Notes: generated by a model from the sequence alone, not told the origin. 26,614 nt of DNA from Verrucomicrobiota bacterium (GCA_039815375.1 JBCBZJ010000033.1:1-26614); one strand, 5' to 3'; shown: positions 11,601-22,143, counted from the first letter of the stretch. Numbers and translations are program-made.

Positions 11601-12256
11601 GCACGCACCAATTCGTAGCCGAGCCCACGGTGAGTTTTGATCGTGGAGCGACCGAATTTCTTTCGCAGGCCATAGATATAGACCTCGACCACGTTAGATT
11701 CCCCGTCCTCGCAATCCTCAAACAAAAGTTCCCGGATCTGGTCTTTCGAAATGATTGAACCACGGCGCTGCAGAAAGAGCTCCAGTAGATTAAGCTCACG
11801 CGCCGTCATCTCAACCCGCTCACCATCATGGAGCACCCACCGAGAAACCGAGTCCATCTGAAAGCCCGGAATGATATCGATCAGTTTGGACCGATCGCCC
11901 GTCTTCCGCCGGATGATCGCCCGAATTCGCGCCTTAAGTTCGCTAATGTCGAAAGGCTTCGGGATGTAGTCGTCCGAACCAAGGTCCAGGCCACGAACCC
12001 GGTCTGCAGGACTATCAATCGAGGTTAGCAACAAAACCGGCGTCGATTTGCGCTCTCGCAACCGCTGCAAAACCTGCCACCCGTCCAGCTCCGGCAGCAT
12101 CACATCCAGGATAATCAGGTCAAAATCCTGATAGACTGCACGGCTCAACCCATCTGCGCCACTCCGCTCACTTTCCACCAAATGCCCGTCATCACGCATC
12201 GCATTCTCCAGCAGAGCGCGGAGATCATCATCGTCTTCGATAATCAAGAATTTCAT
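11597..12256 (-). CDS. OmpR/PhoB-family response regulator
   Basis: Receiver (IEDD, ILDVMLP, KPF) plus winged helix (NVVEVYIYGLRKK, THRGLGY); 4-bp overlap with the kinase gene. Confidence 0.95.
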   Translation of the reverse strand: MKFLIIEDDDDLRALLENAMRDDGHLVESERSGADGLSRAVYQDFDLIILDVMLPELDGWQVLQRLRERKSTPVLLLTSIDSPADRVRGLDLGSDDYIPKPFDISELKARIRAIIRRKTGDRSKLIDIIPGFQMDSVSRWVLHDGERVEMTARELNLLELFLQRRGSIISKDQIRELLFEDCEDGESNVVEVYIYGLRKKFGRSTIKTHRGLGYELVRA

Positions 12257-12554
12257 GAGGGACCTAGCAGATTAGTTAACACCAAACTTTATAGTATCCC
12301 AACATGAGTGGAACCTGAAAACCGTGATAAAATATATCTTCACGGTTTTTAGCATATTTGATCACCTTCGTTCCACCAGTCAGGAAACGACTCTTTGCCC
12401 AGAACCTCATAGGCCGACTCACCGCAGGAAAATTTCGAGTTAATATAATATCAACTCTTTGAAAGGGCTCTTGCTTGACTGGACTGGAACACCATGAAGG
12501 TAGATCATGTGTATTTACATTGCAGCTTAGAAAAATCCTACGATAGACCAAGAC

Positions 12555-14858
12555 GTGCTACTAGATTTCCTCCGCATTCCCGCGCATTTCCTGTTGTTCA
12601 TTTCCTTGGGAACCGAAGCGATCTTCGCGACAACGGAATCAAAGGAATCTCATGAGGCGCCCATCTACGAATTGGAAGATTTTGTCGTCACGGCGAACCG
12701 GAAACCACTCACCGCTCCGGGCACTAAACAGGAGCTGAGACAGGAAGACTTCGCGGTTTGGGAGCCCACAGATGCCGCTGATTTACTCCGCTATTTTCCC
12801 AATGTAAACGTGAACAAACCAGCTATCGGCTCCGACGAATCGCTCATCGCCGTCCGCGACCAAAGCGCTCTGGCCAACGGGCAACTCTGGGTGCTGGTCG
12901 ATGGCTTTCCCATCTCCAATCCACTGCGGGCCGGCCCAGGCGGCGCAGCACGACTCAACCTCGTTGATCCACAGACGATCGACTCGGTTGAACTCCATTA
13001 CGGTCCTTTCTCTGCAGCCTATGGCGGCTATGCTTCAGCCGGAGTCATCCACTATACCACGCTGCCCAGCAGCGAGCGGTCCGCTGAATTGGGCGTCCGC
13101 TACTTCTGGCACGATTTCGAGCTCTATGGCACGGACAATATTTACGAAGGTTATCGTGTTAATTTCCGCCTCACCGAGCGTATCGACAACTGGGGCATCG
13201 GTCTTTCCGGCAGCTACCTCGACGAGGAAGGGAACCCGCAGCGCTTCTTTTCAACAACGAATTTCGAGCCGCCTCCACCCGGGCCGCCCCCTGTCGAAGT
13301 GAACGGTGCTTTCCTCGATAAGGATCCGGTCGGCGAAGAGCGCATCGTCTACGGCTCGCAAGGCACCCGAGAGACGAGTGTAGGCACAGTCGCACTCGAT
13401 CTCACCCACTACTTCGATGACGCCACCCTGCGCTGGACCAGCCGCTACTCCACACGCGAGTCCATCACCGATAATCCGGAAAGCTATTTAACCAACGCCA
13501 TCACCGGCGAACCCGTCAGCTCCGGCAGCGCCATTTTTGAAGGGAACACTTTCCGCATTAGCCCCGGTCTGAGCGGTAGTGAAATCCGCAGCGAGTCCGA
13601 GTGGCTCAATGGCCTCGGACTAAGCGGCGAACTTCCCGATGATTGGAGCTACGACCTGACACTCAGCGCTCTTCAAATCCTTGAAAGCGATAACGAAAAC
13701 GCCAATCGCATCGAAGAAACGCCTGAAGCCTACTGGCTCAACGCCAAGGCTACTATCTCGAAATCGGAACTCTTCGGTCAGGAAACACTCGACGGCTACA
13801 TCGGCTACGAGTGGACACAGGCCGTGCTTGAAGATCTCAACTTCAACGGCGACGGCAGCTTTGACCAGCGTACCGGTGGACAAACCGACCTCCACGCACT
13901 TTTCGCGACCGTTGGATGGCGCGTTTCGGACAATTGGAAAGCCATCTTCGGGCTACGCGCGGAGCACTGGAACACTCGAAACGGTTTTGCCGAATTCACC
14001 GTCAGCAGCCTACCTCCCGATCCGCCAGCGAGCACCATCGAGAGCGAACGCTACCAGGACCGCGAAGAAAGCGACCTCTCTCCTAAATTTACCTTGGAGT
14101 ATCGAATCAACTCTGAGGAGCAATTACGCCTCAACCTCGCCCACACCCTCCGCTACCCCCTGGTGCAGGAGCTCTACCGTCAGGAAGAGGATGTCGACGG
14201 CAGACTCATCCTTAGCAACCCCGACCTGCAACCTGAGACGAGCAACAGCATCGAGCTTTCATGGATCCGCAATCTCCCAAAGGGTCGCCTCCGCCTGACC
14301 GCCTTCCGCAACGACACACAGGATGCCATCCTCCGGCAACTGGTCGGACCTTCTGGTCCACCACCACCGGGACCACCACCGCCGCGCCAGCCCCCGTCTT
14401 ATGAAAACATCGACGAAGTCGAAACCTACGGCCTTGAAGCCTTCATTCTCCGTCGAGACTTCCTCCTGCAAGGGCTCGAAGCCACCTTCGGCGCGGGCTG
14501 GATGCAAAGCGAGATCAAGCGCTACGACGACGCCCCCTCTGTTGAAGGCAACGAATACCCCGGCATCCCCGAATGGCGAGCCAACGCCAGCCTACGCTAC
14601 CGCTGGAATCGTCACTTAGAAACCGCGCTCGGCGCTCGCTATCAAAGCCACATATTCGAACGTATCGAAAATACGGATACACGAAATACCTATCAGGCAG
14701 TCGGCGAACAACTGATCTTCGACCTTTCTGTGCAGTACCGATTCGATAACGGCCTCACCCTCAACGCCCGTATCGACAACCTCTTCGACGAAGAAGCCTT
14801 CACCAACCGCCCAGAACGGCAAAGCACCTTCTCAATCGGCGCCGAGTGGCGATACTAA
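12555..14858 (+). CDS. TonB-dependent outer-membrane receptor
   Basis: TonB-box-like EDFVVTA, plug motif LVDG...YGPFSAAYGGYASAGVI, PDLQPETS, IDNLFD, C-terminal aromatic strand GAEWRY; start codon uncertain. Confidence 0.92.
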   Translation: MLLDFLRIPAHFLLFISLGTEAIFATTESKESHEAPIYELEDFVVTANRKPLTAPGTKQELRQEDFAVWEPTDAADLLRYFPNVNVNKPAIGSDESLIAVRDQSALANGQLWVLVDGFPISNPLRAGPGGAARLNLVDPQTIDSVELHYGPFSAAYGGYASAGVIHYTTLPSSERSAELGVRYFWHDFELYGTDNIYEGYRVNFRLTERIDNWGIGLSGSYLDEEGNPQRFFSTTNFEPPPPGPPPVEVNGAFLDKDPVGEERIVYGSQGTRETSVGTVALDLTHYFDDATLRWTSRYSTRESITDNPESYLTNAITGEPVSSGSAIFEGNTFRISPGLSGSEIRSESEWLNGLGLSGELPDDWSYDLTLSALQILESDNENANRIEETPEAYWLNAKATISKSELFGQETLDGYIGYEWTQAVLEDLNFNGDGSFDQRTGGQTDLHALFATVGWRVSDNWKAIFGLRAEHWNTRNGFAEFTVSSLPPDPPASTIESERYQDREESDLSPKFTLEYRINSEEQLRLNLAHTLRYPLVQELYRQEEDVDGRLILSNPDLQPETSNSIELSWIRNLPKGRLRLTAFRNDTQDAILRQLVGPSGPPPPGPPPPRQPPSYENIDEVETYGLEAFILRRDFLLQGLEATFGAGWMQSEIKRYDDAPSVEGNEYPGIPEWRANASLRYRWNRHLETALGARYQSHIFERIENTDTRNTYQAVGEQLIFDLSVQYRFDNGLTLNARIDNLFDEEAFTNRPERQSTFSIGAEWRY

Positions 14859-15034
14859 CACCTAGGTCGGCCTGCGGGGATGGTGTTACGAAGCAGTTTA
14901 TAACTTTGAATATCCCGTCAGCTATTGGTCGAGGCCATACAAAGTTAGATCCGAGCGGGGCGACAAACCGCATTTTCTTCGCTTCGAGATAGCTTGTCTC
15001 AGATTATAGTTGTCTCGAGTATTCGGGTGAGTTT

Positions 15035-16480
15035 TTAGCCGACAAGAATGTCCAATAGCGCGCGGAGCTTGAGTTCGGTCTCACGCGTCTCTTTTTCCGG
15101 CTCCGAACCTTCAACGATACCGGCCCCGGCATAGAGTTTAGCGGTCTTGCCATCGATCAATGCCGAGCGAATCCCGACGACCATCTCACCGTCATTGAGG
15201 TGATTGAACCAGCCCACCAAACCGGCGTAGAGACCGCGGTCCAGCTGCTCCAGCTCACGTATCCGAGGCACGGCATTTTCCCGTGGCGTCCCGCCGACTG
15301 CAGGCGTCGGATGAAGCTCTCCCAATACATCCAGCAGGTGAACTGCTTCGCCCACTTCGGCACGAATGGGGGTATGAAGATGCTGCACGTTGGCGAGGGG
15401 CAAAAGTCTGGGCCGGGATTCCGATCGACCGGAAATTCCAACCGCTTCGAGTCGTCGCAGAATTGAGTCCCGAACATAAGCGTGCTCGTGTAAGTCCTTT
15501 TCACTCTCAAGTAGTGAACTTCCATAGTGAGCGTCCTCACGAGGGCTTTTCCCGCGCGGGGCTGAGCCGGCAATTGCTTCTGTTTGCAACTCACCCTTCC
15601 AAATCCGCAAAAGCCGTTCCGGCGTCGCACCGATAAAGCTGCGTGCAGCACCCCCTCCGAAGGAGAAGGTAAAGCAACCGTTGAATCGCTCCCGTAAACG
15701 ATTCAAAGCGTCAAGCGGCTGCCAGGGCGCATCAGCTTTCAGTTCGATCCCACGGGCCAGCACGATCTTCTCGTAATTGCCCCTGGCAATCTGCTCCAGC
15801 GCCACCTCTACGGCTTTCGTGTAGACTCCCTCCACCAGCTCAACGCGTTCGAGCACATTCGGTTGCCGGACCTCTACTTCTGACTCCCGCTCATCACTAT
15901 AGTCGAAAGCACCAAACTTCTGGTAGGCTCCCCAAATTCGGGCAACCGCACTATCAATGTCCGTATCCGCATCGACGCGAATGTTCGCCACCGCACCATA
16001 CTTGCCCCGCGAACGAGCCACCTGCCAGCGCGGCAGGAAAACGGTAGCCGCAGGAAAAGCACCGCCCTCATCAACGTGGTCCTCAAAGCTAAAGGCCGTG
16101 AAAAAATGCGGCCCACTGAAAGGCTCGCTCAGATCGCCAACGACAATCGTGTTTTCCAGTATCTCATCAGCAAAGGCACGAACCTGCGCAAAGCGCTCTG
16201 GCCCATCGAAGGTTCCCTGCACCACAGCTTCAGCTCCCGCAATTGCTTCATCATCGACCGACCGCTCCATGAAGAAGTGCAGCTCATCCGGCTCATAGAT
16301 CGACTGCAACACCGCCAGCGGCGCGATATGCTTCACCGCCAGTGAAATGCTCGCGATCTGGAAGTGGTCCTTCGCCTTGGCTGCATCCCGACAACCCTCG
16401 AGGAACTTGCGCAACGCCGCCTCGTCTCGGGCCGGCAACATTTCTGAAGGGATGATTTGCATCCACAGCAGCGAAACCAT
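15035..16480 (-). CDS. menF: Isochorismate synthase (chorismate-binding MST enzyme)
   Basis: [63 protein letters not shown]; pathway role (menaquinone vs siderophore) not provable here. Confidence 0.85.
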   Translation of the reverse strand: MVSLLWMQIIPSEMLPARDEAALRKFLEGCRDAAKAKDHFQIASISLAVKHIAPLAVLQSIYEPDELHFFMERSVDDEAIAGAEAVVQGTFDGPERFAQVRAFADEILENTIVVGDLSEPFSGPHFFTAFSFEDHVDEGGAFPAATVFLPRWQVARSRGKYGAVANIRVDADTDIDSAVARIWGAYQKFGAFDYSDERESEVEVRQPNVLERVELVEGVYTKAVEVALEQIARGNYEKIVLARGIELKADAPWQPLDALNRLRERFNGCFTFSFGGGAARSFIGATPERLLRIWKGELQTEAIAGSAPRGKSPREDAHYGSSLLESEKDLHEHAYVRDSILRRLEAVGISGRSESRPRLLPLANVQHLHTPIRAEVGEAVHLLDVLGELHPTPAVGGTPRENAVPRIRELEQLDRGLYAGLVGWFNHLNDGEMVVGIRSALIDGKTAKLYAGAGIVEGSEPEKETRETELKLRALLDILVG

Positions 16481-16489
16481 GGTGCACTA

Positions 16490-16577
16490 AACCGCAACCT
16501 CAGTCTTACCTCGAAACTCACTCTTACTTTTAATCGTAATCTTAATCTCTCATTAATAGCATTAAGATCACGATTAA
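16490..16577. repeat. Degenerate hexamer array ending in a 17-bp-arm hairpin
   Basis: AACCGC AACCTC AGTCTT...ACTCTT ACTTTT AATCGT AATCTT AATCTC; arms TTAATCGTAATCTTAAT (16530-16546) and ATTAAGATCACGATTAA (16561-16577) with one mismatch. Confidence 0.7.
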
Positions 16578-16633
16578 GCATTTGCTCGAAACGGTCTTCC
16601 CCATTCTAACTCCTCACTTCTAAATTCTATCTC

Positions 16634-18610
16634 ATGCTATCACCGCTGCCGCCAATCGACTTTGAAAACGAGCTCAACGAAGAGCAATACGCCGCCGTCA
16701 CCGCCGAGCCCGGCCCGGCTCTCGTTCTTGCCGGTGCAGGCTCCGGCAAAACCCGCACCCTCACCTACCGCGTGGCCTACCTGCTCCATCAGGGCGTCCA
16801 GCCCAACGAAATCCTTCTACTGACCTTCACCAACAAAGCCGCTCGCGAGATGCTCGAACGCGTCGAGGACCTTACCGGCATCCCCCGCCGCTACCTTTGG
16901 GGCGGCACCTTCCACAGCATCGCCCAACGCATTCTCCGGGTGCATGGTGAGAAGGTCGGGCTCAAGCGCCACTACACCATCCTCGACGAAGGTGAGGCCG
17001 AAACAATCCTCAAGAACATCATTCAGGCAACCGACCCGAAATTCATCAAAACCAAAAACAACCCGAAGCCCAAAGTCGTGGCCAACCTGATCAGCTATGC
17101 ACGGAACACCTGCAGCTCAGTCCACGATGAAGCCAACGAACGTTATCCCTTCCTCGATGGCATGGCCGACAAGATCGCCAGCTTCCACAAGGGCTACCAG
17201 AATACCAAGCTCGAGCAACAGGTGGTCGACTATGACGACCTTCTCGAATACTTCCTCAAGCTCCTCAAGGAGCACCCCGATGTGGCCCAACAATACCAGG
17301 AGCGCTTCAAACACATCCTCGTCGATGAGTTCCAGGATACCAACCGACTGCAGTCCGATATCGTCGACTCCCTCGCCGCCCACCACCAGGTCATGGCCGT
17401 AGGCGACGACGCACAGTGCATCTACACCTGGCGTGGCGCCGATTTTGACAATATTATGCGCTTCAACGAGCGCCACGAGGGTGCCGAAGTTCACAAGATC
17501 GAAACCAACTACCGCAGCACCCCCGAGATCCTCACCTTCGCCAACGCCGTCCTCGGTAATCAGCCCGCTGGTCTCGGCTATGCCAAAGAGCTCCGTGCCG
17601 TCAAAGAGTCCCGCGAGAAGCCCTACTTCGTTCCCCTGATGGATGCCCGCGGACAGGCCCAGTTCATTCTCCAGCGCATCGAAGGCCTGGTCGAGGAAGG
17701 CCGTGACCTCTCCGAAATTGCCATCCTCTACCGTGCCCACTACCAGGCCATGGATCTGCAAATGGAGCTGACCCGCCGCAACGTCGACTACCAGATCACC
17801 AGCGGTGTGCGTTTCTTCGAGCAGGCTCACATCAAGGACTTCACCGCGCAGCTCCGCTTCGCTTCCAACCCGGCCGACGTCTCGGCTTTCGCGCGCTTTA
17901 CCTGCCTGCTGCCCAAGGTCGGGCCAAAGACAGCAGAGCGCCTCCACAAATTCACCCGTGAGCGCGCCGAAAAGCTGGAGCAGAACTTTTGCGATGTGCT
18001 CGTCTCCGAAGAAGTGCTCAAAAAAGTCCCCGCCGATGCACAGGAGGAATGGCCCTCCCTCGCCGAGACCATTCGCGAGCTGGCCAACGCCCTGACCAAG
18101 CAATCGCCGGACGATCTGGTGCAGCTCGCTCTCGACGGCTGGTATAGCAGCTACATCCGCGAGATCTATCCCAACTGGACCGACCGTGCCGACGACCTGC
18201 AAAGCCTCGTCTCCTTCGCCGCCCGCTACGAGACAATGGAAGAGCTCCTCGCTCAGCTCGTGCTGCTCGCTTCCGAAAGCAACGAACGCAGCCCCGAGGA
18301 ACAAAAAAACTGCCTCCGCCTAACCACCATCCACCAGGCCAAGGGCCTCGAATTCCCTGTCGTTTTTGTCATCGGGCTCGCCGACGGCACCTTCCCCCTC
18401 AAACGCACCATCGACGAGGGCGACCTCGAAGAAGAACGCCGCCTCTTCTACGTCTCGGTAACCCGCGCCATGGAAGAGCTCTACCTCACCTACCCCATGC
18501 TCAACCAGCAGGGTAACTCCGTCATGCGCCTCAACCCCAGCCGCTTCGTCCGCGAAGTCGACCCTTCCCGTTACGAAACCCTCCGCGCCGCGCCGACCCG
18601 AAGCTGGTAA
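16634..18610 (+). CDS. UvrD/PcrA/Rep-family ATP-dependent DNA helicase
   Basis: Q motif LNEEQ, Walker [61 protein letters not shown]. Confidence 0.95.
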   Translation: MLSPLPPIDFENELNEEQYAAVTAEPGPALVLAGAGSGKTRTLTYRVAYLLHQGVQPNEILLLTFTNKAAREMLERVEDLTGIPRRYLWGGTFHSIAQRILRVHGEKVGLKRHYTILDEGEAETILKNIIQATDPKFIKTKNNPKPKVVANLISYARNTCSSVHDEANERYPFLDGMADKIASFHKGYQNTKLEQQVVDYDDLLEYFLKLLKEHPDVAQQYQERFKHILVDEFQDTNRLQSDIVDSLAAHHQVMAVGDDAQCIYTWRGADFDNIMRFNERHEGAEVHKIETNYRSTPEILTFANAVLGNQPAGLGYAKELRAVKESREKPYFVPLMDARGQAQFILQRIEGLVEEGRDLSEIAILYRAHYQAMDLQMELTRRNVDYQITSGVRFFEQAHIKDFTAQLRFASNPADVSAFARFTCLLPKVGPKTAERLHKFTRERAEKLEQNFCDVLVSEEVLKKVPADAQEEWPSLAETIRELANALTKQSPDDLVQLALDGWYSSYIREIYPNWTDRADDLQSLVSFAARYETMEELLAQLVLLASESNERSPEEQKNCLRLTTIHQAKGLEFPVVFVIGLADGTFPLKRTIDEGDLEEERRLFYVSVTRAMEELYLTYPMLNQQGNSVMRLNPSRFVREVDPSRYETLRAAPTRSW

Positions 18611-18612
18611 GG

Positions 18613-19101
18613 CTAGTCGTCTAAATCCAGCGGGCTGACCCTCTCCTTCTTGGTGCGACTCTCCACGGTATGCGTGTAGATCATGGTGGTTTTTATATCC
18701 GAATGCTCGAGTAATTCCTGCACTGAATCTCGTCACTCAGATCTTTCTCTAATCCGTCCCATTCATTTGCTGGAAGTTCGACTCCGCACGGAACCGAACT
18801 CGATTGGTCAAGCTGCACAAACTCCGAACGGGATTTCGAACTGTCATCGGTCAACTCTAAACAAATCTGGACGGATCGACGAGCCTGCTGTCGGAGCCCA
18901 GAGGATTGGCCCTTTGAAGCAAGTTCCTGAATGAATTCCATCCAGTGCAACCGTATCGCTCTGCCCCGCTCCATATTTTTCTCTGTAGTCCAAGAAATAC
19001 CGAACTCATTTGACATGATGAGACATCGAACGGTCCGAAACACCCAATTCACTCAACCGCGAATAGTAGCTTCGGTAAGTTCTCAAGAATAGCTTGAGCA
19101 T
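18613..19101 (-). pseudogene. intI: Integron integrase pseudogene (long N-terminal type)
   Basis: Three frames give HHVK*VRYFLDYREKYG, then FIQELASKGQSSGLRQQARRSVQI...WDGLEKDLSDEIQCRNYS, then VQELLEHSDIKTTMIYTHTVESRTKKERVSPLDLDD*; the last matches the IntI box II/C-terminus (QELLGH-D-TTMIYTH...SPLD). Confidence 0.88.
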
Positions 19102-19207
19102 AATATCTCGTTTACGCATTCTTTTTAAAAAATAATATGTAATTAGGAATTAAAAAAACTATGTAAAACTACGTTTGAAAAATAAAACGGAATAATATCT
19201 TAAAATG

Positions 19208-19226
19208 ACATAGTAACTTGTTCGGT
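19208..19226 (+). other. Candidate attI simple site
   Basis: ACATAGT-AACTT-GTTCGGT (7-5-7 layout); its R box matches the first attC R'' ACCCAAC at 6/7; GTT lies 15 bp before the first cassette ATG. Confidence 0.6.
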
Positions 19227-19234
19227 AACTAAAT

Positions 19235-20119
19235 ATGAATAGCAATTTTCAAGTTGCATACAAAAAGATTCGGCCATCAGTGGTTGGGATCGGTTTTTCC
19301 GACGGCAAGACTACGAGTATAATCGGAACGGGATTCATCGTATCCGAGAATGGGTGGATTCTGACAAATCGTCATGTTCTAGAGCCACTTATCGCAGAAA
19401 AAGAAAAAGCTACAGGCATTCATGGAAATGCCGCTATCTCACTGTTTGTAACAGTTCCACCAACTGATGATAAATTTCAGGCAATGGCTGGTGTAATGGT
19501 TGTAGGTGTTACTCAAATATCATTCCCAGAACCGCGAGAACTTCCTCCAACTGAAGATAGTAAGTTGAATGAATTAAGTGCAGAGCAGGTATTAACACCT
19601 GATCTCCCAGACCTTGGCTTATGCAAGATCGAACCTGCTACCTTGCATCCCGCTGCGCTTCCCTTGAAGCCTGCAGTCTTTAAATATCCAACAGAAGGCC
19701 TAGAAGGCCTCCCTGTTGGTATATTAGGGTTCCCGCAAGGTTTGAATTTGCCTGCTGAATTTTCAGCTAGCAGCCAGTTGCAAATGACACCTCTATTGCA
19801 AACTGGTGTGATTTCAGGAGCTTTGCCGATTACGGGAATGCCAAATCCTGAAAACTACATTTTAGATATATTCGTGAATGGTGGCAGTAGTGGTTCTCCG
19901 CTCTTTGATACTGAAGGAAACATAGTTGGAGTAGTCTATGCAACACGCCAGAGATATGAACCCGTGATCCAAACTGACTATGAAGGCAATCACACTGAAT
20001 TGGAAAATGTAGGCGTCAGACTTCCCTCTGCATTAGGAATTGCTGTTCCCACTGGAAGAATACCTGAAGAGTGGTTCCAGACTATGATCACAAAAGAAAC
20101 ACCCAACAAGGCAGGATAG
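19235..20119 (+). CDS. Cassette 1: trypsin-like serine protease without signal peptide
   Basis: GTGFIV...ILTNRHV (His), DLGLCKI (Asp), NGGSSGSPLF (Ser). Confidence 0.88.
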   Translation: MNSNFQVAYKKIRPSVVGIGFSDGKTTSIIGTGFIVSENGWILTNRHVLEPLIAEKEKATGIHGNAAISLFVTVPPTDDKFQAMAGVMVVGVTQISFPEPRELPPTEDSKLNELSAEQVLTPDLPDLGLCKIEPATLHPAALPLKPAVFKYPTEGLEGLPVGILGFPQGLNLPAEFSASSQLQMTPLLQTGVISGALPITGMPNPENYILDIFVNGGSSGSPLFDTEGNIVGVVYATRQRYEPVIQTDYEGNHTELENVGVRLPSALGIAVPTGRIPEEWFQTMITKETPNKAG

Positions 20120-20166
20120 GACAATTCCGTTCGTACCTCACTCCATGCATCCCCTTAACGTTCCGT
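20101..20166 (+). other. attC site 1 (66 bp)
   Basis: R'' ACCCAAC, inner GGAT/ATCC pairing, R' GTTCCGT; overlaps the protease stop codon. Confidence 0.8.
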
Positions 20167-20402
20167 GCGCAAAAACAAAGGTTCCGCCCACAAGAACAAA
20201 CTCAGCCAACAGCACAAAATGAACGCACTCGGCATTCCAAAAACCAAACCTGCGCCGAACGAAACAAACTCTATCCTCGGCTAAGAATCAGCTTTTCCTG
20301 AAGACCAAATCCACGAGCTAAGAACAAAGAATTGCAGCTCAAAAAGTCAAAAACGGGCATCAAACAAAGCGGCTACGCCGCAGCCAAAAACAACGCAATA
20401 AC

Positions 20403-20510
20403 ACTGAACCAAGCGAGTTGCTCAACGCCGAGCCAGCAATCAATTTCGCACGAGAGCATTCACTTACTTCTTGAGCGATTGGTCGGCGTAGACCACTCTC
20501 CACGTTCTGA
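20403..20510 (+). other. attC site 2 (108 bp), closes a gene-less cassette
   Basis: R'' ACTGAAC (6/7 complementary to the preceding GTTCCGT), inner GAGT/ACTC and ACGCCGA/TCGGCGT stems, R' GTTCTGA. Confidence 0.8.
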
Positions 20511-20518
20511 GAAAAAAC

Positions 20519-21295
20519 ATGAAACCCATCGCAAAAAGCATTAATATTTTCGCGATAGCCAGTCTCTCCGCATCAGGCCTTTGCGCGCAAATGTTCGAAC
20601 TAGAAACTACATACGACGAAGGCTGGTATTCTTTTTCGTTCTCTGATGGTTTTTATCCGGTAACTTTTGGAGTTAGCGATGGAAACGGGAGCATTTCCTT
20701 CAATATTCCAGATGCGACTCAAATTAGCGTCCCAGATAGCTGGATTGTTACAAACCACGAATGGGGGTTTCAAGTTGCATACGATGGAGTATTTGAAGTT
20801 TATCCACTAGGGTTTGAAAATGTAGAAATCTCATTCTTTTCGATGCTCACTCCCAATGAAATAGGAACAAGTGCGAGTGATTACACTGGAGTCGTCTCAG
20901 GTCCTGTCGTCCTAGAGAATGGATTTTCGCAAGGTATCGATAGCGAAAACGGCTCGTATACGACTACATCGGTAGGATATCAAATTTTCTATTTCGATAT
21001 GCCAGCTTACGAAGGTCCACAACTTACAGCCGAAAATCTGATCAATATTTTCGGCTTTACTCTAGATGACATAGAACCAATTGCGGCGGGAATTAGACTA
21101 GAAGAAAATGGAATACAAATCTCTCTTAAAAACGTAATTGAGGGCGCAACCTACATGCTTCAGTTCAAAGAGAATTTAAACGCCTCAACATGGATAAATC
21201 TCAAAACCTTCACACATGAAGATTTGAGTGAAGATAATTCAATTAGTCACCCCAAGGAAGGCCTTTCCGGCTACTTTCAGATCTCAATACTGTAA
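20519..21295 (+). CDS. Cassette 3: secreted hypothetical protein
   Basis: Signal peptide ending LCA-Q, acidic beta-rich body; bounded exactly by attC2 and attC3. Confidence 0.8.
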   Translation: MKPIAKSINIFAIASLSASGLCAQMFELETTYDEGWYSFSFSDGFYPVTFGVSDGNGSISFNIPDATQISVPDSWIVTNHEWGFQVAYDGVFEVYPLGFENVEISFFSMLTPNEIGTSASDYTGVVSGPVVLENGFSQGIDSENGSYTTTSVGYQIFYFDMPAYEGPQLTAENLINIFGFTLDDIEPIAAGIRLEENGIQISLKNVIEGATYMLQFKENLNASTWINLKTFTHEDLSEDNSISHPKEGLSGYFQISIL

Positions 21296-21300
21296 TGAAA

Positions 21301-21371
21301 GCAGAACCAGTTGGCATACTCAATTCCTTTCGCGCTCCGCGCTACAGTCTTGAGTAGCCTCTACGTTAGCC
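21301..21371 (+). other. attC site 3 (71 bp)
   Basis: R'' GCAGAAC, GGC[A]TACTCAA pairing with TTGAGTAGCC (extrahelical base), R' GTTAGCC. Confidence 0.9.
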
Positions 21372-21378
21372 GGTAAAA

Positions 21379-22131
<753 letters not shown>

Positions 22132-22143
22132 AAGCAAAATCAC

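Noticed and set aside
17117..18304. 395-aa antisense ORF inside the helicase gene
   Set aside because: Shadow frame expected from the strong C-ending codon bias of the helicase; no recognisable motifs
19092..19120. dif-like site (GAGCATAAT resembles the XerC arm)
   Set aside because: No XerD arm (TTATGTTAAAT) after the 6-bp spacer
19100..19235. LexA box controlling intI
   Set aside because: Neither CTGT-N8-ACAG nor a complete TGTTC-N4-GAACA is present; only a half-site overlapping the attI R box
20071..20544. ORF-track entries 20071-20301 and 20332-20544 as genes
   Set aside because: Both run through attC sites and overlap neighbouring cassette genes; long open frames are expected in T-poor sequence
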